Source of the DNA: Thalia democratica
Lineage: Eukaryota
Assembly (NCBI GenBank): GCA_965202585.1
Contig: OZ241834.1
Span: 31,806,001 to 31,870,000 of the forward strand
Direction: 5' to 3'
DNA length: 64,000 bases
Position numbers and translations under genes: made by a program. The notes beneath the pieces were generated by a model. It was not told the origin of the DNA and made no database searches. It saw nothing but the letters and a program-made list of their open reading frames with translations. Of this stretch, positions 47,901 to 62,699 are shown piece by piece (the first letter of the stretch is position 1; each line of letters opens with the position of its first letter).

Positions 47901-50900
47901 CAATTTAAATAGTTTTTATTTTAATATCGTAAAGGTAAATATGCTTTACTAAAAATTGTGTTTTACAAAATGATTCAATCTTAAACTACAAATAAAACTA
48001 TTATTAACTCTAAAAACTACAACACTAGATATAAAATATAAAAAATAATGATAAATAGCTAAATAAAAAAAATATACTCTTAAGAAAAATCATAAATCTT
48101 TGAAAAAAAAACTCCTGAAATCCAAAACTAGCTTGAATTTTGTTTTAAAAAAACCTATAACGAGCCAGAATTATTTAAATAACTGACAATATTTCAAGAT
48201 AGTAAGAATTTTCTACTGTTTAAAAATACTTTAGTGGCCTAATTGAATGGCAAGTTTGCTTTATAACTAATTAATTTATTTGTATAATTTACAATGGCTT
48301 TAAGATGAAGAGCTTTTGGATTTTACACTAAATTTCAATAAAAAAGGTAATGAAATTTTAATACTGTTACATTTTTTTAACTTTTTACATATACTTTTAA
48401 ATACTGGAGTTTGATATTAACTCTTTTTATTTATATCTTATTTTATACAACTTATGTTCAAGGAACATATTATATGTCATTTTGTAATGACAATTAAATG
48501 AATATAATGTTAATTTTTTACTATAGTGATGTTTATCAATTATATTTTTATTTATATGACAATGTAAAGATTTAACTTCATACTTTTATCTCTGAGCATC
48601 TAAAGTTAGTCGGATTATTCTATCTGTAACTAAAATTACCAACAAAATTATTAAAATATTAAAAAAAGGATTTTTTTATTCTTAATTCTCACACTATTAA
48701 CTAAGCTAACAGCTGTTTTTTTATTTATTTTCAATTTCAAGGTAGTTTTTTAAACAAACATAAGCAGTCAAAGTTGGATAAGTTTCATAGGTTGTTGACA
48801 GAAGAAAAAATTTAAAAAAAATCTATGTCCCCCTAATACTTTTGACCAATTTATTGTCAGATTCTTTCTTAGGGATTTAAGCTTCATGATTTTCCCACAC
48901 TATGTGGTTTTTAATGCCGAGGTTTTAACTTTGTGAGTGTTTGCAAAAGACCAATTGCTAAGGTTTTTTTATTATAATAATTTAATATTAATTTTTAATG
49001 GGGCAGTTAGAATAACACTTGATGTAATTTACACAATTGACCTTCAAATAAACATTTAATGATTAAGAGGGAAAAGTAAGAATGATTTTATCTCTTTTGA
49101 AAAATGTTAATCCTTTGAAATGCAAAATTTTGCTTTATATTATTAGAAAAATTTATTAAGTGATTTTAAACTTTTGGAATTTAAAAAAATAACCTTTTTA
49201 TTCAGAAAATTAACAAAAAAAAATGTTTGCTAAAATATAGTTATTTTGATCTTAAAGAATTGTTCAGATAAAATGTACTCAATAACGCAAACAAAAATTC
49301 TAAACATTTAAGGTAAATTTATTCAAATATAAAGGAGATAGAATTATAGTAGTTTTTTTATTCATAGAAAATTTACCACTTTAATTTTTCTTTCAATTTA
49401 TTTCAAATTAAACTTACCATGTCTTTAAAATAAATTTATCATGTTTACAGTCTGTGAAAAGTATAGCTTACATTTTAAGTTTTCAAATATAGGTTGATAT
49501 TATTTTTGGTGAAAAAGTTGGGCCCTCAATATGGCCTAAATAACCTTATTCACAAACCTGAATGCTCAACTGTGTAAAGTGGAATAGAAGATGAGTGAAA
49601 ATATTTCAATTTGACCTTTAATAGTAAAAATACAGGAGAATTTATTTGAAGCAAAAAACTAGTATAAGTTGTACGGTAAAGTTTAAGGAACTAGAAACTT
49701 ATATTAAAGGAGTAGCAGAACAACATTGAACTAAAATTCAAGATTATGTAAACTTACAAAAAATATTTAGAAAAATTTTAATGGTCCCAAGTATAGCTTA
49801 AGTTTCAAGTAGATATCTAAAAAAAATAAGTTAAACTGATCTGATATCAAAAAAATTTAAACTGTATGACCTATAACTCAAAATTTTTTGTCAAGTTGAA
49901 GGTATAATCTTTTTAAATTAAAACAATGTTCATAGGAATATTAGGTCAAACAAGTTTTGTAAAACTATTTTATTACTGTGAAAATTTAAAATGAAGCTTT
50001 ATCTTATTAAATATCATATTAGAATTTTACTAGGACTTTACTATGACTACTATGGACTTTAATTTAAACAAATATTTTAAACTTATTTATTCAGTATTAC
50101 CAATATCAAATTGACATTTTTCAAAAGAATTTTTCTAGTCAAACTTGAAGATAACTATTATGAAGACAACTACAACAGTATATTTCTAAATATCATCTTA
50201 CATTTTGTTGCATCAGTTGTTTATAATCCTTACCTAAAACTTTAGAATGCAAGTAAGTCTTAAACTTTGCATAAATTTTTTAGACCAAATTAAACCTTAA
50301 AAACTCAATGAGCCAAATTGACAAAAAAAAAATTTAATTTAATGATTCAATTTTATATTTACTATACTGGGGGCATTAGGCAAAACATTAGCATTCTTCA
50401 AAATATGCAAATAATATCTTAAACATTTTATGTGATTCAAAATAAAATAGTTATTTTATACATCCGGGTATTAAAGAGGGTTAAAGGTTTACCTAAGTAA
50501 AATGGTGTTTACACGTAAACTTTTCCAGAAACAAAGACATATGAAAAATAAAAGCTGTAGGCATTCGAGAGAGGATCAACAGTATGAATAGAAAATCTAA
50601 AAGTTCTTTATTTCGCAGAAATTTGTGTTAACAAAATAAATAAAAGAGCTATAGAATAAAAAAAACTAAACTAAAATAATTAGAACCAATAAAACAGTTA
50701 AACTTTTTCTTAATAAATTAAAACAATGAAAGTTTTACAAAACTATAAAGACTCGAAAAATACATGTTATTAAATATTAATAAAAACAGTTTTACTCCAT
50801 GAAAAACATTACACAAGTACTTTTTAGCTAGTTTCAAGAAAAGTAAAAGCAAAAAAAAAAAAACTTAAGTTACTTTAGTTTACTAAAACTTAACATCTAT

Positions 50901-53900
50901 AACCTTTTTTTATAAAACTTAAAATTAATAACTGCGTAATTTATAAGTTTCTGCTAAAAAACATATTAACACCGATAGATTTTAAAATGTTTTGCTTAAT
51001 AACTTTTTTTTTATTAAAACAAAATCAAATGCAAAACTTTCAGCGCATCAACATAATTTTATTAGCACAAATTTGACATTAAAAAACAAAAATGCAAAAT
51101 ATTTTTTACTGTGTAAACTAAGAACAAAATAGAGTAACAACTTTTTGAAAGGATAAATACTGTAATTTGAAAACAGTTAAGTTTAGACAATTTGAAAAAA
51201 CACTAATCGTCAGAAAGTATAAGTTGTTATTAATGCTTGACAATTTAAGACCCGAACAAAACAATTTTGTAAAAAAATAACAACAAAAACTTTGAAAAAT
51301 ATTATAAATTATTGAAATTAAAGACGTTTTAATATGTCAGTTTAGCAACACAGTTCTACGAAGTTCTTTAAAAACAAAAGTTAAGTATTATCTTAAGTCA
51401 AAAGACAAAGCATCAATAAAAGAAAACATATATGTGTATTATAAAAATATTAAGACATATAAACAGTATTAATTCTAAAATCAATATTTATTTAAGTTTT
51501 GTTATTGCACTAGGAAAATTACAATTATTTTGTATAGTGTTTAAATCTATTTATTTTATAAATAGTTCGTTACAACTTCATCATAGTATTAGCAAAATAA
51601 AACAAATTAACGATGAAAAACACAGAAAATTAAATCTAAATATAAACTTTATATAGAAAATAAAACCGAATTTTAGCTAAAATAATTTACTTTATGTTTA
51701 TTTTGTAAAATATCGCTTTGTATTTGAGATTGTTTTTATTTATTTAGTATATTTATTTTTACAATCTTAAGCACTTGACACTCGTAACACATTCCAGATT
51801 AAGATATTTTTAATGTGTGAATTCTCAGCGTGAACGAGACTAAGTACGTATGTTAATTGAAGGCTGCAGTAAAAAAACAATTTGCTGATTCTATATGTGA
51901 AAGAAGAAAAGACACGATTATTCTATAATTTAAAATAGGCTTTAAATTTAAGTTTAGATTAACATGAAATTAAAACGGTGATATACTAGTCAAAGAGGAA
52001 GCAGAGTCGCTAATCTAATATTAAAATATTTTGATAAAATAATTGAGTATTACATTAAAGTAATAACAAACTAAAATTTATTTTGCAATCCTAATCAGTG
52101 CGCATAGCAACGTTAGCACTTTTGCAACCTTAAGAGGAAGTGTAAAAAAAGACTATGTATGTATTAAATTAAGACGGTAGATAAATAAACAAATATACCA
52201 CAACTACATGTGTTTGTTTGTGTGAAAGTAAAAGGTGAAAAACGAAAATAAGTCATTTGAACAAGAATTGGTGTACACCGCTGTTCCACATACATTGCAT
52301 TTTGTTTAGTGGAATTTTTAATCTTCAACTTATGCTGTCAAATACTGTAGGATGCATATTTAACAAATATTAGTCGCGCCCATGATGTTATTTATAGCTT
52401 TATGAAGATTACTCTATTTTGTTTCTGGTTTAGCGCTGTATTGAAACGTTGCCAGACAAGACTCAATAATCTATTAATGATCGTTTTATAAGCGTTGAAA
52501 ACTAGCAGTTAAAAATTAAAAAATATTTTAAACAAAAGACAAGACATGTCGAATAATTGTGTAAATAATCAAGTTCGTATTGAAGCTTATTGATATCAAA
52601 ATAAAATAAAATTATCTAAAAAAAATTTATTATTGTTTCTTAAAAGACTATGTTTGTTGTCTAAACAGTATTGTTGAAGCTTATTTTGTGAAATTTATAA
52701 AATACACTTAACCACACTTGCCAGAAATAAAACTGTACTAATTGTAGCTGTTTAATCGAGCGTGGATTTTTTGCTCAACAATTTAAAGCTCAGAATTTTC
52801 CTAAAATACTAATAAAAAAATCTACAAAACGAATTTAAAACTGTTCTTTTTGGAAGCTGATCCTCAACATATATCTTTTTATTTGTTTGTAATTAATAAA
52901 TTTTCATCTGAAAATAGTTTAATACAGTGTAAATAAACTGTAATTTATGCTATTTAATAAATCCGTGTATTAGTCTTTTTTTTTAATTTAGTTGACTTAA
53001 TTTTAAACTACTTTAATTTAGAGCAATAACGGTTACTAAAGTTTTTTTTGGCTGAAATCTGTTTGTTTTTAGTAAGTGCTTTCCAAAGCTTTTTAGTACA
53101 ATATTTTTTATATGTTAGACAACATCTTAAAATAAAACTATGAAACTGTTTGTGATGCTTTAAGCTCTAAAAAAACTATTTTTATTGAAATTTTAAAACA
53201 ATTTATTTGTAAAAGAGCTAAGTTTCATACAAAAAAAGCCTATAGTACTTACTTTTTACCGTCCTACTACTCTGTTTTTTTCTTTTGCTTCAGGAATATG
53301 TAACCGTAACTTCGAACGGAGCAGCTTCATTTGTTACCAATTACAGTCGAAGTTCTTGATCTAGTGATGAAGTTGGTTTTAAATTAGTATGTGTTTATCT
53401 AAAGACAACGTTCTTATATTTATCAAAATTGTTTCTATTAGTTGTAAGTTTGTTTTACTTAAGGCCGGGCGACTCTAGACTAAAATCTTGAAGTCTAACA
53501 AAAGTTTCTTCAATATTTAAGGGTATTTCTTACTAACAAGTCGTTATTATATGTGATTACTTTAAAGCAAGCATATTTATTAGTAATGAAGTTTTGAAAT
53601 TGTATTACTTTAAAACAAACTTAGCCAAATTTTTTAAATTATATTTTTTTACGCTATAACATTATATAGTGATGAGCGTGTAAAGATTCATTTTGTTATC
53701 AATTGAATACTGTAATTAGCAAAGTACCTAAACTTTACCAGCATTCTGAGAGACTTTGTACATATCTTGTAAGAAAAACTGGGAATAGCTTGACCTCATT
53801 CCGGTGAGACTTTATCATATCAACGACGTTTTCTTAATAATCATATATTTAGAATATCAATGATTATACAACAGTGCGGATTGCATTAGCAACTTGTAGT

Positions 53901-54945
53901 ACACTGTAAAATACAATTGTGGGAGAAGTTTACGCACAGGCCTAAAGACCTTCACAAACTTTGATTTGATACTATAAATATGCATGGTACGGATCGAGTT
54001 AAGAAAACCTCACAACTTTTTAAATCTGTCTCAGCAGCTTTGAACACATCTTCATCTAAAATGCCAAACAGTTGCACACAAGAACGACTCAATTCCCCTC
54101 TGCGTGATCAGATTTTGCCTCACAAAAACCTTATTCCCAAGTCGGCAAACAAATATTTGAACAATGATTACGTAAATCGATTACAGATGCATCAAAAATA
54201 TTAAACTTCCAAGTGAACCTCGGCTCCACTGTTACGCAAAATACACCCGATGGACACTGAGACTGATGTTTTGTGTGTGCGGTACTTTTTCTGCACGTAA
54301 GCAAAACCTCGACCCTATCAGGAGAAGAAGCTTAAGATCTTCATCGCAGGGAATCCTGAATGCTAGTGCTGATACGCCTACTGAGCACTGTTTACTTGGT
54401 ATACATTGTTTTGCTTTTAATTAAAATATCTTGACTCGTTACTTTTATCCATAAGCATAAATCAAAATAACAAGCTTGATTCGTCGCATTCTGAGAACTA
54501 TGTGGCAGCATAAGATTAACAACGAAGAAAGGCTAACACACTCTAGTGTTTTATTTGAGTTGTTGTTAATTTAGAGGTATTCTGATACGGTTTCTGATAT
54601 TTAAGTCGAAATGAGTCTAGTATTGATGAATGTTATGCAAAAGGAAAAAAGACTATATTACCTAATGAGGTTTTAGTTTTAATGGCCCTGTAAAAAAAAA
54701 TCTTATTTGGTCACAGATTTGGAGTCGAAATGACACATGTGGTTTACACTTACCAAAGTCAACGCAGATTCGTTGACTTAGTACTGTTCAGAGGAAAAAA
54801 GCGCAGCGATTTTTTTTGCTGAACAGTGATTTATAACGTTGGTCGCTCAAGGCTGTAAAGCTTTTAAGCGAAGCCTGAAGAATTTAAATGTATGATAAAT
54901 GACGATCTTTTTAATACACGACCATCAACAACAGTATTCGAGACA

Positions 54946-54988
54946 ACCCACGACCGGTTTCGTTCTTATCAGGACTCATCAGGAAGGC
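54946..54988 (-). ncRNA. Type I hammerhead ribozyme motif
   Basis: gccttc-CTGATGA-GTCC tgataa GAAC-GAAA-CCGG-TC-gtgggt; intact core, palindromic ACCGGT, one stem II mismatch, wobbled stem I. Confidence 0.65.
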
Positions 54989-56319
54989 ATTGTCGCAAGG
55001 AACCGCTGTAGTGATCTTACCAAGCGGGCTTAAGTACAATGTACTGAAGTTACCGTTTGTAGGTAAAGTGAAAAAGTTTACACAGCTAAATCATTCACGG
55101 CCTAACGTCTCAGACATTGTCAGCTTATTGTGAGATTATAGTCTGTTCTAGAAATTTGTCTGCGTGAAAAAGTAACTGATAGTCGCATCAATTTGCGAAA
55201 TCTCACTTGCAAGAAACTAAAAGAAGCAGCGATAAAGTTGTTAAGGAGACGGAAGAAAACAAACCACTACAAGTTTATTTATTATAAGATAAACAATTGA
55301 TATGTTATATAACTCTACTAGTGCAAATAAAACAACTTTATTTTTTCCTAACACACAAATATTTACAAATAAACTTTTACATTTTTTACCGGTGTGTGTC
55401 ACAGTGAACACGAAACTGAAAATAATAAAAAGTTTAACTATTTTTTGAAATTGGTTTTCATAGAGCCAATACTGTTGAACATTAAGCGCTTCCAACCAAA
55501 TTAAAAAAGCGAGACGATTTGAAGGCTTTTTGCACAAAAGAAAATTTAAAGTTTTAAAGTTAACAGTAAAAGACAGTTTTTTTTAAACTAAAGATTTTAT
55601 GTATACTATAGTTTTACAAATATAGCTCAAAATTTCAATACACTTAAATAGTATCTAAAAAATAAATTTTCCTTAAACCTTGCAAAAATAAATATTTGTT
55701 GTTTTTTTTGAGTTTTACTTTGTAAAACTTTGAAGGCTGTAAAAAATAGGCTGAGAGAGGTAATACATATATTAGTAAAAGTAGTTAAGAATACATTTTA
55801 TTTTTCATTACATCTTAAGCCGATATGACATACCTTCATTTAACTTTTATCTAAAAACTAAGTAAAGTGTTTTATTTTTATAAACATAAATATCTATATT
55901 TAACTTTTATTGAATTTATCAAAATGTTAAACAAAAAAAGAGTAATTGACGTATTAGCTAAACTTGCAATTTTTTAGATTTAATTTATACCTATTTTCTA
56001 CAATTAAAAAACACATAAAGCAAACGAACTTTAGAAAGCTACTAGTTTTAGTCAACTTCAATAATTTCAATAAAGTTTAGACTAATTATTTTTTAATGAA
56101 ATTAAAAATAAACATTATTGTTAATCTTTTAAAAGAAACTAAAACTAATCAGTCCTGCTAAATCAAGCGTATACGAATGATTAAGAAAAGAGGAAACACA
56201 ATTAAATAGAAAATAAAAACAGATCAGTTTTAAAATAATGCTTACTTGTTTTATTAAATATTTAAAATAGTTAAAGATTTTTATTTAATTTTTTATTACA
56301 TTTGTGTTAGAAAAGAAAA

Positions 56320-57720
56320 ACGTAGTGTTACTTTTATTTAATTTAGTTTTATCTATTTTTAGTACCTTTTATTAAGTGTTACTTTAGTTATTTATTTAGT
56401 TGTTTTCTAATTGACTTTTAGTTTATTTTGTTCTTTTTTATTTATTTCAAGTTTTTCTTTCAATTTTAGATAGTAATCTTGCCATGTATATCATGTTTTG
56501 TCTCTATTTTGTATTTTGCGTGGTTGAGTATACCGAACCCAATATGCGCACCACGTATTTGGTTTTATAATAAAGACCTATTTTGGCTGCAAATGTACAA
56601 TTATCTAACAAAATTAACATTTGCTGGGAACATATTTTAAAGCATCACTTAAAAATTGTTTAATAAACTTGAAAAAAAAATTCAATTATTTTAATAGAAA
56701 CATTTGAAATAGATTATGGTACTTTTTTATTTTTAAAGTAGTTGTATCAGGTTGCTACACTTGAGTTTTGTATTTAATGTGTTTAAGTAAAAATATAAGC
56801 AACATACTCATGTTGAAACGAAAGTTATTATATTTGTTTCATATATTTATATTTTAATATTTTTCTAACAACTTTTAATTCTGTTTTTGTTCATTTATTT
56901 TATATTTTTGGGATTTTAAATTTGTTTTCAATTATCATTTTTGCCCTGCTTACTGAATTGTGTCTTTGTTTTGTGTTCTGCGTTGTTAAAAATACAAAAA
57001 AACGTTGTTGCTTTTATTTAATTTAGTTTTCATTCGTTTTAAGTAATTTTTATTAGTAGTTACTTTAGTTGTTTATTAATCATTTTCTACTTGATTTGTT
57101 AGTTTATTTAGTTCTTTTTTATTTTTTTAAATTCATTTTCTACTTGATTTGTTAGTTTATTTTGTTCTTTTTTATTTATTTTAAATTTTTTTAATATTTA
57201 TGATCACGCCACGTATTTGCGCGAGTAAAAGTGACCGATTTTGGCTGCAAACTTGTCTAAAGTAGTTTTCAACTAAAGTAATTGTTCTAAAGTAGTTTAC
57301 TTAAATCATCAATTACAAATTGTTTCAATAACTTTATACTTTTAAAGTTATTAAAACATTATAATGAAATTTGTTTAGAATAGATTAAAATAATTTTTAA
57401 GAGGTTTATTTAAAATACTAAATTTATCAACTAATTACTAAAGTATTACATTTAGTTTATGTTACACATAAAAAATGTATTTGTCTTGAAAAAAGTTGTT
57501 TTGTTTGTATTACTTATAAATTTTTAAACAGTATTGATTAGTATCTTGTTTATTTCTTTTAATTTTCAAGGTTTTAAATTTATTTTCAACTATTAATCTT
57601 GCCATAATTTCTTTGTTTTAAGTTATTCGTTGTTGTGTGCGTGTCGAATCCAATATTCACGCCACGTATTTCAGTTTATAATAATGACCTATTTTGGCTA
57701 AAAACAGGCCATTGTAAAAT
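56320..57720. repeat. Diverged local duplications (three partial copies)
   Basis: ccacgtattt...gacc(t/g)attttggct recurs at ~56550, ~57210 and ~57660, with shared T-rich upstream blocks. Confidence 0.6.
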
Positions 57721-57727
57721 TAACGTT

Positions 57728-57885
57728 TGCAAGAGATGCATTTCAAAAGATACATTTCAAGAGAGGCGTTTCAAGGGATGCATTTCCAGAGATGCACTTC
57801 AAGAGATGCATTTCAAGAGATGCATTTCAAGAGATGCATTTAAAGATATGCATTTCAAGACATGCATTTCAAGAGATGCATTTTC
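57728..57885. repeat. Minisatellite, ~14-bp unit AGAGATGCATTTCA, about 11 copies
   Basis: Directly visible tandem array. Confidence 0.9.
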
Positions 57886-58083
57886 TTTGACTTGAGTCGT
57901 CAGGCGTCTAGTTTTTTAGTTGTTAAGTTATACACCAATATAAAAATTACTTTAAAATTTTTATACTTTAATTAAAACAAGATACATATAATTTTAATGA
58001 ATTTTTTTATGGGAGTATAGTTTATGAAAATTTTTCACAAATTTATTACAAGTTTTATAAATTATGAAAATCGTTGTAAAAAT

Positions 58084-58276
58084 AGGAAACGCTCAAAATC
58101 CACCGAGTCAAGTTCGAGAACCGCTTACCGATCGAGGGTAAGGGTTAGGGGTAACAGTGAGAGTGAAAGATAAATAAAATAAAATAACATTTAAATACTT
58201 TTAGATGAAATAAGTTAATAATTATAGAAAAAAATCGGGTGGATTTTGAAGGCGGTTGGACTTTGATAGTATACCG
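58084..58276. mobile_element. Second copy of the 8.2-8.45 kb element
   Basis: Same core and terminal motifs; contains agggtaagggttagggg. Confidence 0.6.
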
Positions 58277-60503
58277 TAAAAATAACCAAAAGAGACTTTA
58301 AAGATTACTTATAAAGTTTGTTTCTTTGTACTTAAAAACACAAACAATTTTAAACGAACTTTTTTTCCAGAAGTTTATTTGTTTCATTGGTTCTGTTCTC
58401 CATCTAGTTTCATTATTCTTTTTGGTGAGACGACACCAACAGATGCAAAGTTGTTTATTTTAACTCTAGAAAAAATAAACAAATCTTACATTAGAATCTT
58501 ACATTGACCACAGTTTTGAAATAAACATGAATTTTAAAGTTTTTTAGCAGCAATAGTAAATATTTTTTGCGTTTATTTCGTCACAACAAGATCTATGTGA
58601 GAAACCATGGCGTAAGATATCGCTATATTTAAAAAAAGTATTTTAAACCAACTATAATGTTTGCGGGCTGGTACCAAATGCTAAACTTTAATGAAATATT
58701 TGATTACTCACTTGTTTGAAAAACCCTGATTGAACGAGTGTTTTAAAAGTTTAAAAAAAGAAAAAACTTAGAGAATTTTTGTAATATATAAATCTAAAAA
58801 AGGTATTTAAAAATGTAACTTGTAAAAATTAAGACAAGCTTGCTCTAACTAAGAAAGTTACCTCTTTAAATTTGAAAGTTGAATACATAGTTAAACTTTA
58901 TGAGCTCTGCAAACAACAAAAGCTATAGTAACTAATAAATAATTTTAACTTATTTGTAGAAAAGTAAAATTTCCAACATGTCAGAGAATTTTAGTTTAGC
59001 AGAAAAAAAAAATATACAAATCAATTACAAAACTTTTAGTATAGTCAAGTTATCAGTGTTCAAACTAAAGTAAGTTTGTTAAGTTTTTACATTTTAAGAG
59101 TATAACACTTTAGTCACAAGAAATTTAAGTGATTAATTACATATGGTAAACTAGTTGTTCTCAGTAGTAGTTTAAATTTGTGTAAAAACTTTAATATATG
59201 CTAAATAATACAATATCAAGTAAGATAGTTGTTTTTAATTTAATTCAATTGGACAGTAACCTTTTCAGCCTAAATTTTAGTTTTGATTTTGTGCTTTCCA
59301 AAATAGCTTGAGAACATTTTAAAAATTTAATATAAAGATTAAGTTGAGACTAGCTACAAAACCTTTAAAGTAGTAAACTTGAGACTGTCGTAAGTAATGT
59401 AAAAACTTGTCATTTCTTAAAAATCTGCATACAAGTACCTGCATTCATCTATTTTAACATCGATGCTTAAATGCTTAGTAAACAAATAAGAAAACACATA
59501 GTTAAAACAAATTATTTATAATGAATTTATCTTATAAGTAACTAGAATATTAATCTTAACAGAGAAAAGCTTAGTAAGCATAAAAAGAACAAACATAATT
59601 TCGTTTTAAACTATTAAAGTAATGATTGTTTTACTATATTAGTTATCACAAACAATCTAAATTTGCAAAAGCTCCAGGTATAAAAAAAACAAACAAGACA
59701 AAAGTCTTCACGGCCAAAGTTCTGGACTTTCGCATGCCATGAGTTAAAATAGGAAACATTTTATCCAGTTTGCTATTAAAAAAATAAAGATTTATCGTAA
59801 TTTTAGTCGGTTGACAACCGACAAATTTAATCGGTTTTAACTGTTTGACAAGCACAGTTGTCATACATGAATTTTTAAGGATGGCGATTTCAAAACAATA
59901 ATCATACATCTTATTTACAGCACAAAAATAAAAGTACTGATCATTATAGAGTAATTGTGAATTAACTCTTTAAACAAGTATTTTTAAACATTTTAACTAT
60001 CAAAAAATTCATTAGTTGGACCTTCTGGGACTTCTTATTTTTTGCTATAAAACTTTATTTTTGGAAATATAGTCTCTTGAAAACCTTGAATTTAAGAAAT
60101 GGAATTGTCAGAACTAGGATTGTCGTAATTTAATTTTTCATGTAACCATGCATAAAATCATGGAAAATTTTATGATTCCAAAAATATATATAAATTATGC
60201 AATATAAGAAAAGCGAAAATGAAATTCATTTGGACAGCTATTCTAGACTCTTTTAATAAAGCACAATACTTACGTTCAAAAATCTTAAAAATTAAATAAA
60301 GACGTAAAAGAAATAATCTAGTTAATCTTTGAAAAGTTTATTACTAGGAAACTTTCGGAAAAAAAAACTATAAACAAATTATAATTAATTCATACTTTTA
60401 TGCTCTTCCTGAGAAAAAATAAACGTTTTTATTTTGCATTTTATTTGAAACTTGTGTGTTATAGGTTTCTAGTAATATAATCTTTATTTTAAGCACAGCC
60501 TAG

Positions 60504-60552
60504 AAGTGCGTACTCAGCTTAAAAGTGCGCACTCAGCATAAAGTGCGTACTT
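60504..60552. repeat. Short tandem repeat aaagtgcg(t/c)actcagc x3
   Basis: Directly visible, ~100 nt outside the PLE arm. Confidence 0.6.
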
Positions 60553-60690
60553 AAAAAGTACTTACTAAACAGAAAGATTACTGTAGTTATCTATTTCATT
60601 TTTGTTTGCAAATAAAATAAAATCTCGTAGTGGTTATGTAGAAATGTTTATTTAAAAATATAACAGAATATATTTTATTTTCTTTAAATT

Positions 60691-60727
60691 TATTTTAGTA
60701 CTTTCGTAGTAAGGCTCATCAGAAATA
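60691..60727 (-). ncRNA. Minimal type I hammerhead ribozyme motif (PLE tail, other arm)
   Basis: Reverse complement: tattt-CTGATGA-G ccttacta C-GAAA-GTAC-TA-aaata. Confidence 0.7.
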
Positions 60728-60965
60728 GTTTCTTACTAAGTAGGAATGAATACAAAATGGAATAAAATCATACTGAAGTTTAAAGTTTTAAGATATAAAA
60801 TGACGTAATAAGCAAATGTTAAAAACTAAATAAGTGCTTATGCTAAATACATTTGGTATACTAATAAAACTCGTTAGTAATAAAACAATCTAAATAAACA
60901 AGCGATAAAAATTAAAACTATACTTAAAAATAAAATTTAACAAGAAACTAATTACTTTAAAATTA

Positions 60966-62120
60966 CTAATATAAGGATTTAAAAAGTCTAGCTTGGTATA
61001 CGAACTTTTTCTGCTTACACAAACTGGGCCTTAAAGATTGAATACATAAGGCTTCAAGAATATGCAATTGAAAAGAGTTCTCCGCTCTCACTAGGACTGA
61101 AAAATTGTTATTTTTTAATTTTTAACACACTCAGTATTGTCCAACAAATGTTGCCCAATCGCCGAGAAGTATTTTTTCGTTGGTTTCTCAGAACGGCCAT
61201 CAAACCAGCTTTTCAAGACTTTCGGAACATGCTGATCGATTCATACATGAAACCTTTGAGTTGTTTTCCCACGTAGTCACTACCACAGTAGTGAAAACTA
61301 ACACATATAGAAAACTAAATTTATAGATGATGTTACTTTTTTCATGAGTGGGAGAAACATCTTTTAAATTCTACTTAGAGGGCGATCAGTATACAAAACT
61401 GTTCTTAAATGAACAGAGCTGAAAACTTGGTTTATTTCCTCTGAAATTTTCTTAGAAAACCTCTCAGAAATATTTCCAAGGTAAGGAAGTTTTAAGTATA
61501 CTGGAAACTTCTGAGGGCCAACCATTTTTAAAGCTGTTGATTTTCTAGCTCTTGTTATAACTTTTGAAACTAAGTTACCTGGATAACCAAGGGAAAGGAA
61601 AGTGTTTTGAAGTGTTTTTAACTCGCCTTCAAGGAAGCAAGCAGAACAAAGTCTGGTGAAACGCTTCACCATACCCGTTAAAACTCCTAACTTCTGCTTG
61701 ACTGGACCAAAAGATGCCTACGGAACATATAATGCTTCTGAATTTAATTTACGATGGATTTTAGTTGAAAGTTCCTTCTTAACTGATCGTTGGACACAAA
61801 CATCTAAAAAGTTTAATGAATTGTTGTGTTCTTCTTCTTTTGTAAAACTGAGATTTTTGTGAAGATTATTAAGATCATTTAGAAAACCGGAGCTTTCTTG
61901 TCTATTTTCAAACATGACAAAAGTGTCATCTACGTATCGAAGATACATGAGAGGACTTTTACATTTTAAAAGAAACTTACTTTATAGGTAACCAACAAAA
62001 AAATTAGCCAAGATAGGACCTAAAGGTGAACCCATTGCAACCCCATCTATCTGTTTATACATTTTACCATCAAAACTAAACTCAACACCTGAAACAGCCT
62101 TGTGTAACATTTCTTTGCGC
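60966..62120 (-). pseudogene. Disrupted PLE reverse transcriptase / GIY-YIG endonuclease ORF
   Basis: Pieces in several frames (ORFs 61718..61948 and 61364..61672) with in-frame stops; ends at TAG ~60966. Confidence 0.88.
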
Positions 62121-62699
62121 ACGAATTGTGTTAGTTTATGTGATAGTTAATACGTGGGATAAACATCTCAAAGGATTCATTTAAGAATCGATCAGCATGT
62201 TCCAAAGTCTTGAAAAGCTGGTTTGATGGCCGTTCTGAGAAACCAACGAAAAAATACTTCTCGGCGATTGGGCAACATTTGTTGGACAATACTGAGTGTG
62301 TTAAAAATTAAAAAAATAACAATTTTTCAGTCCTAGTGAGAGCGGAGAACTCTTTTCAATTGCATATTCTGGAAGCCTTATGTATTCAATCTTTAAGGCC
62401 CAGTTTATGTAAGCAGAAAAAGTTCGTATACCAAGCTAGACTTTTTAAATCCTTTTATTAGTAATTTTAAAGTAATTAGTTTCTTGTTAAATTTTATTTT
62501 TAAGTATAGTTTTAATTTTTATCGCTTGTTTATTTAGATTGTTTTAATACTAACGAGTTTTATTAGTATACCAAATGTATTTAGCATAAGCACTTATTTA
62601 GTTTTTAACATTTGCTTATTACGTTATTTTATATGTAAAAAATTTAAACTTCAGTATAACTTTATTTCAATTTGTATTCATTCAAGTTTAGTAAGAAAC

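Noticed and set aside
53300-54420. GC-richer block as a protein-coding gene (ORF 53980..54204)
   Set aside because: No recognisable domain or splice pattern; only a weak GIY-YIG-like hint, so probably decayed TE
57635-57895. 86-aa ORF with repeated CISRDAF
   Set aside because: Translation of the 14-bp minisatellite
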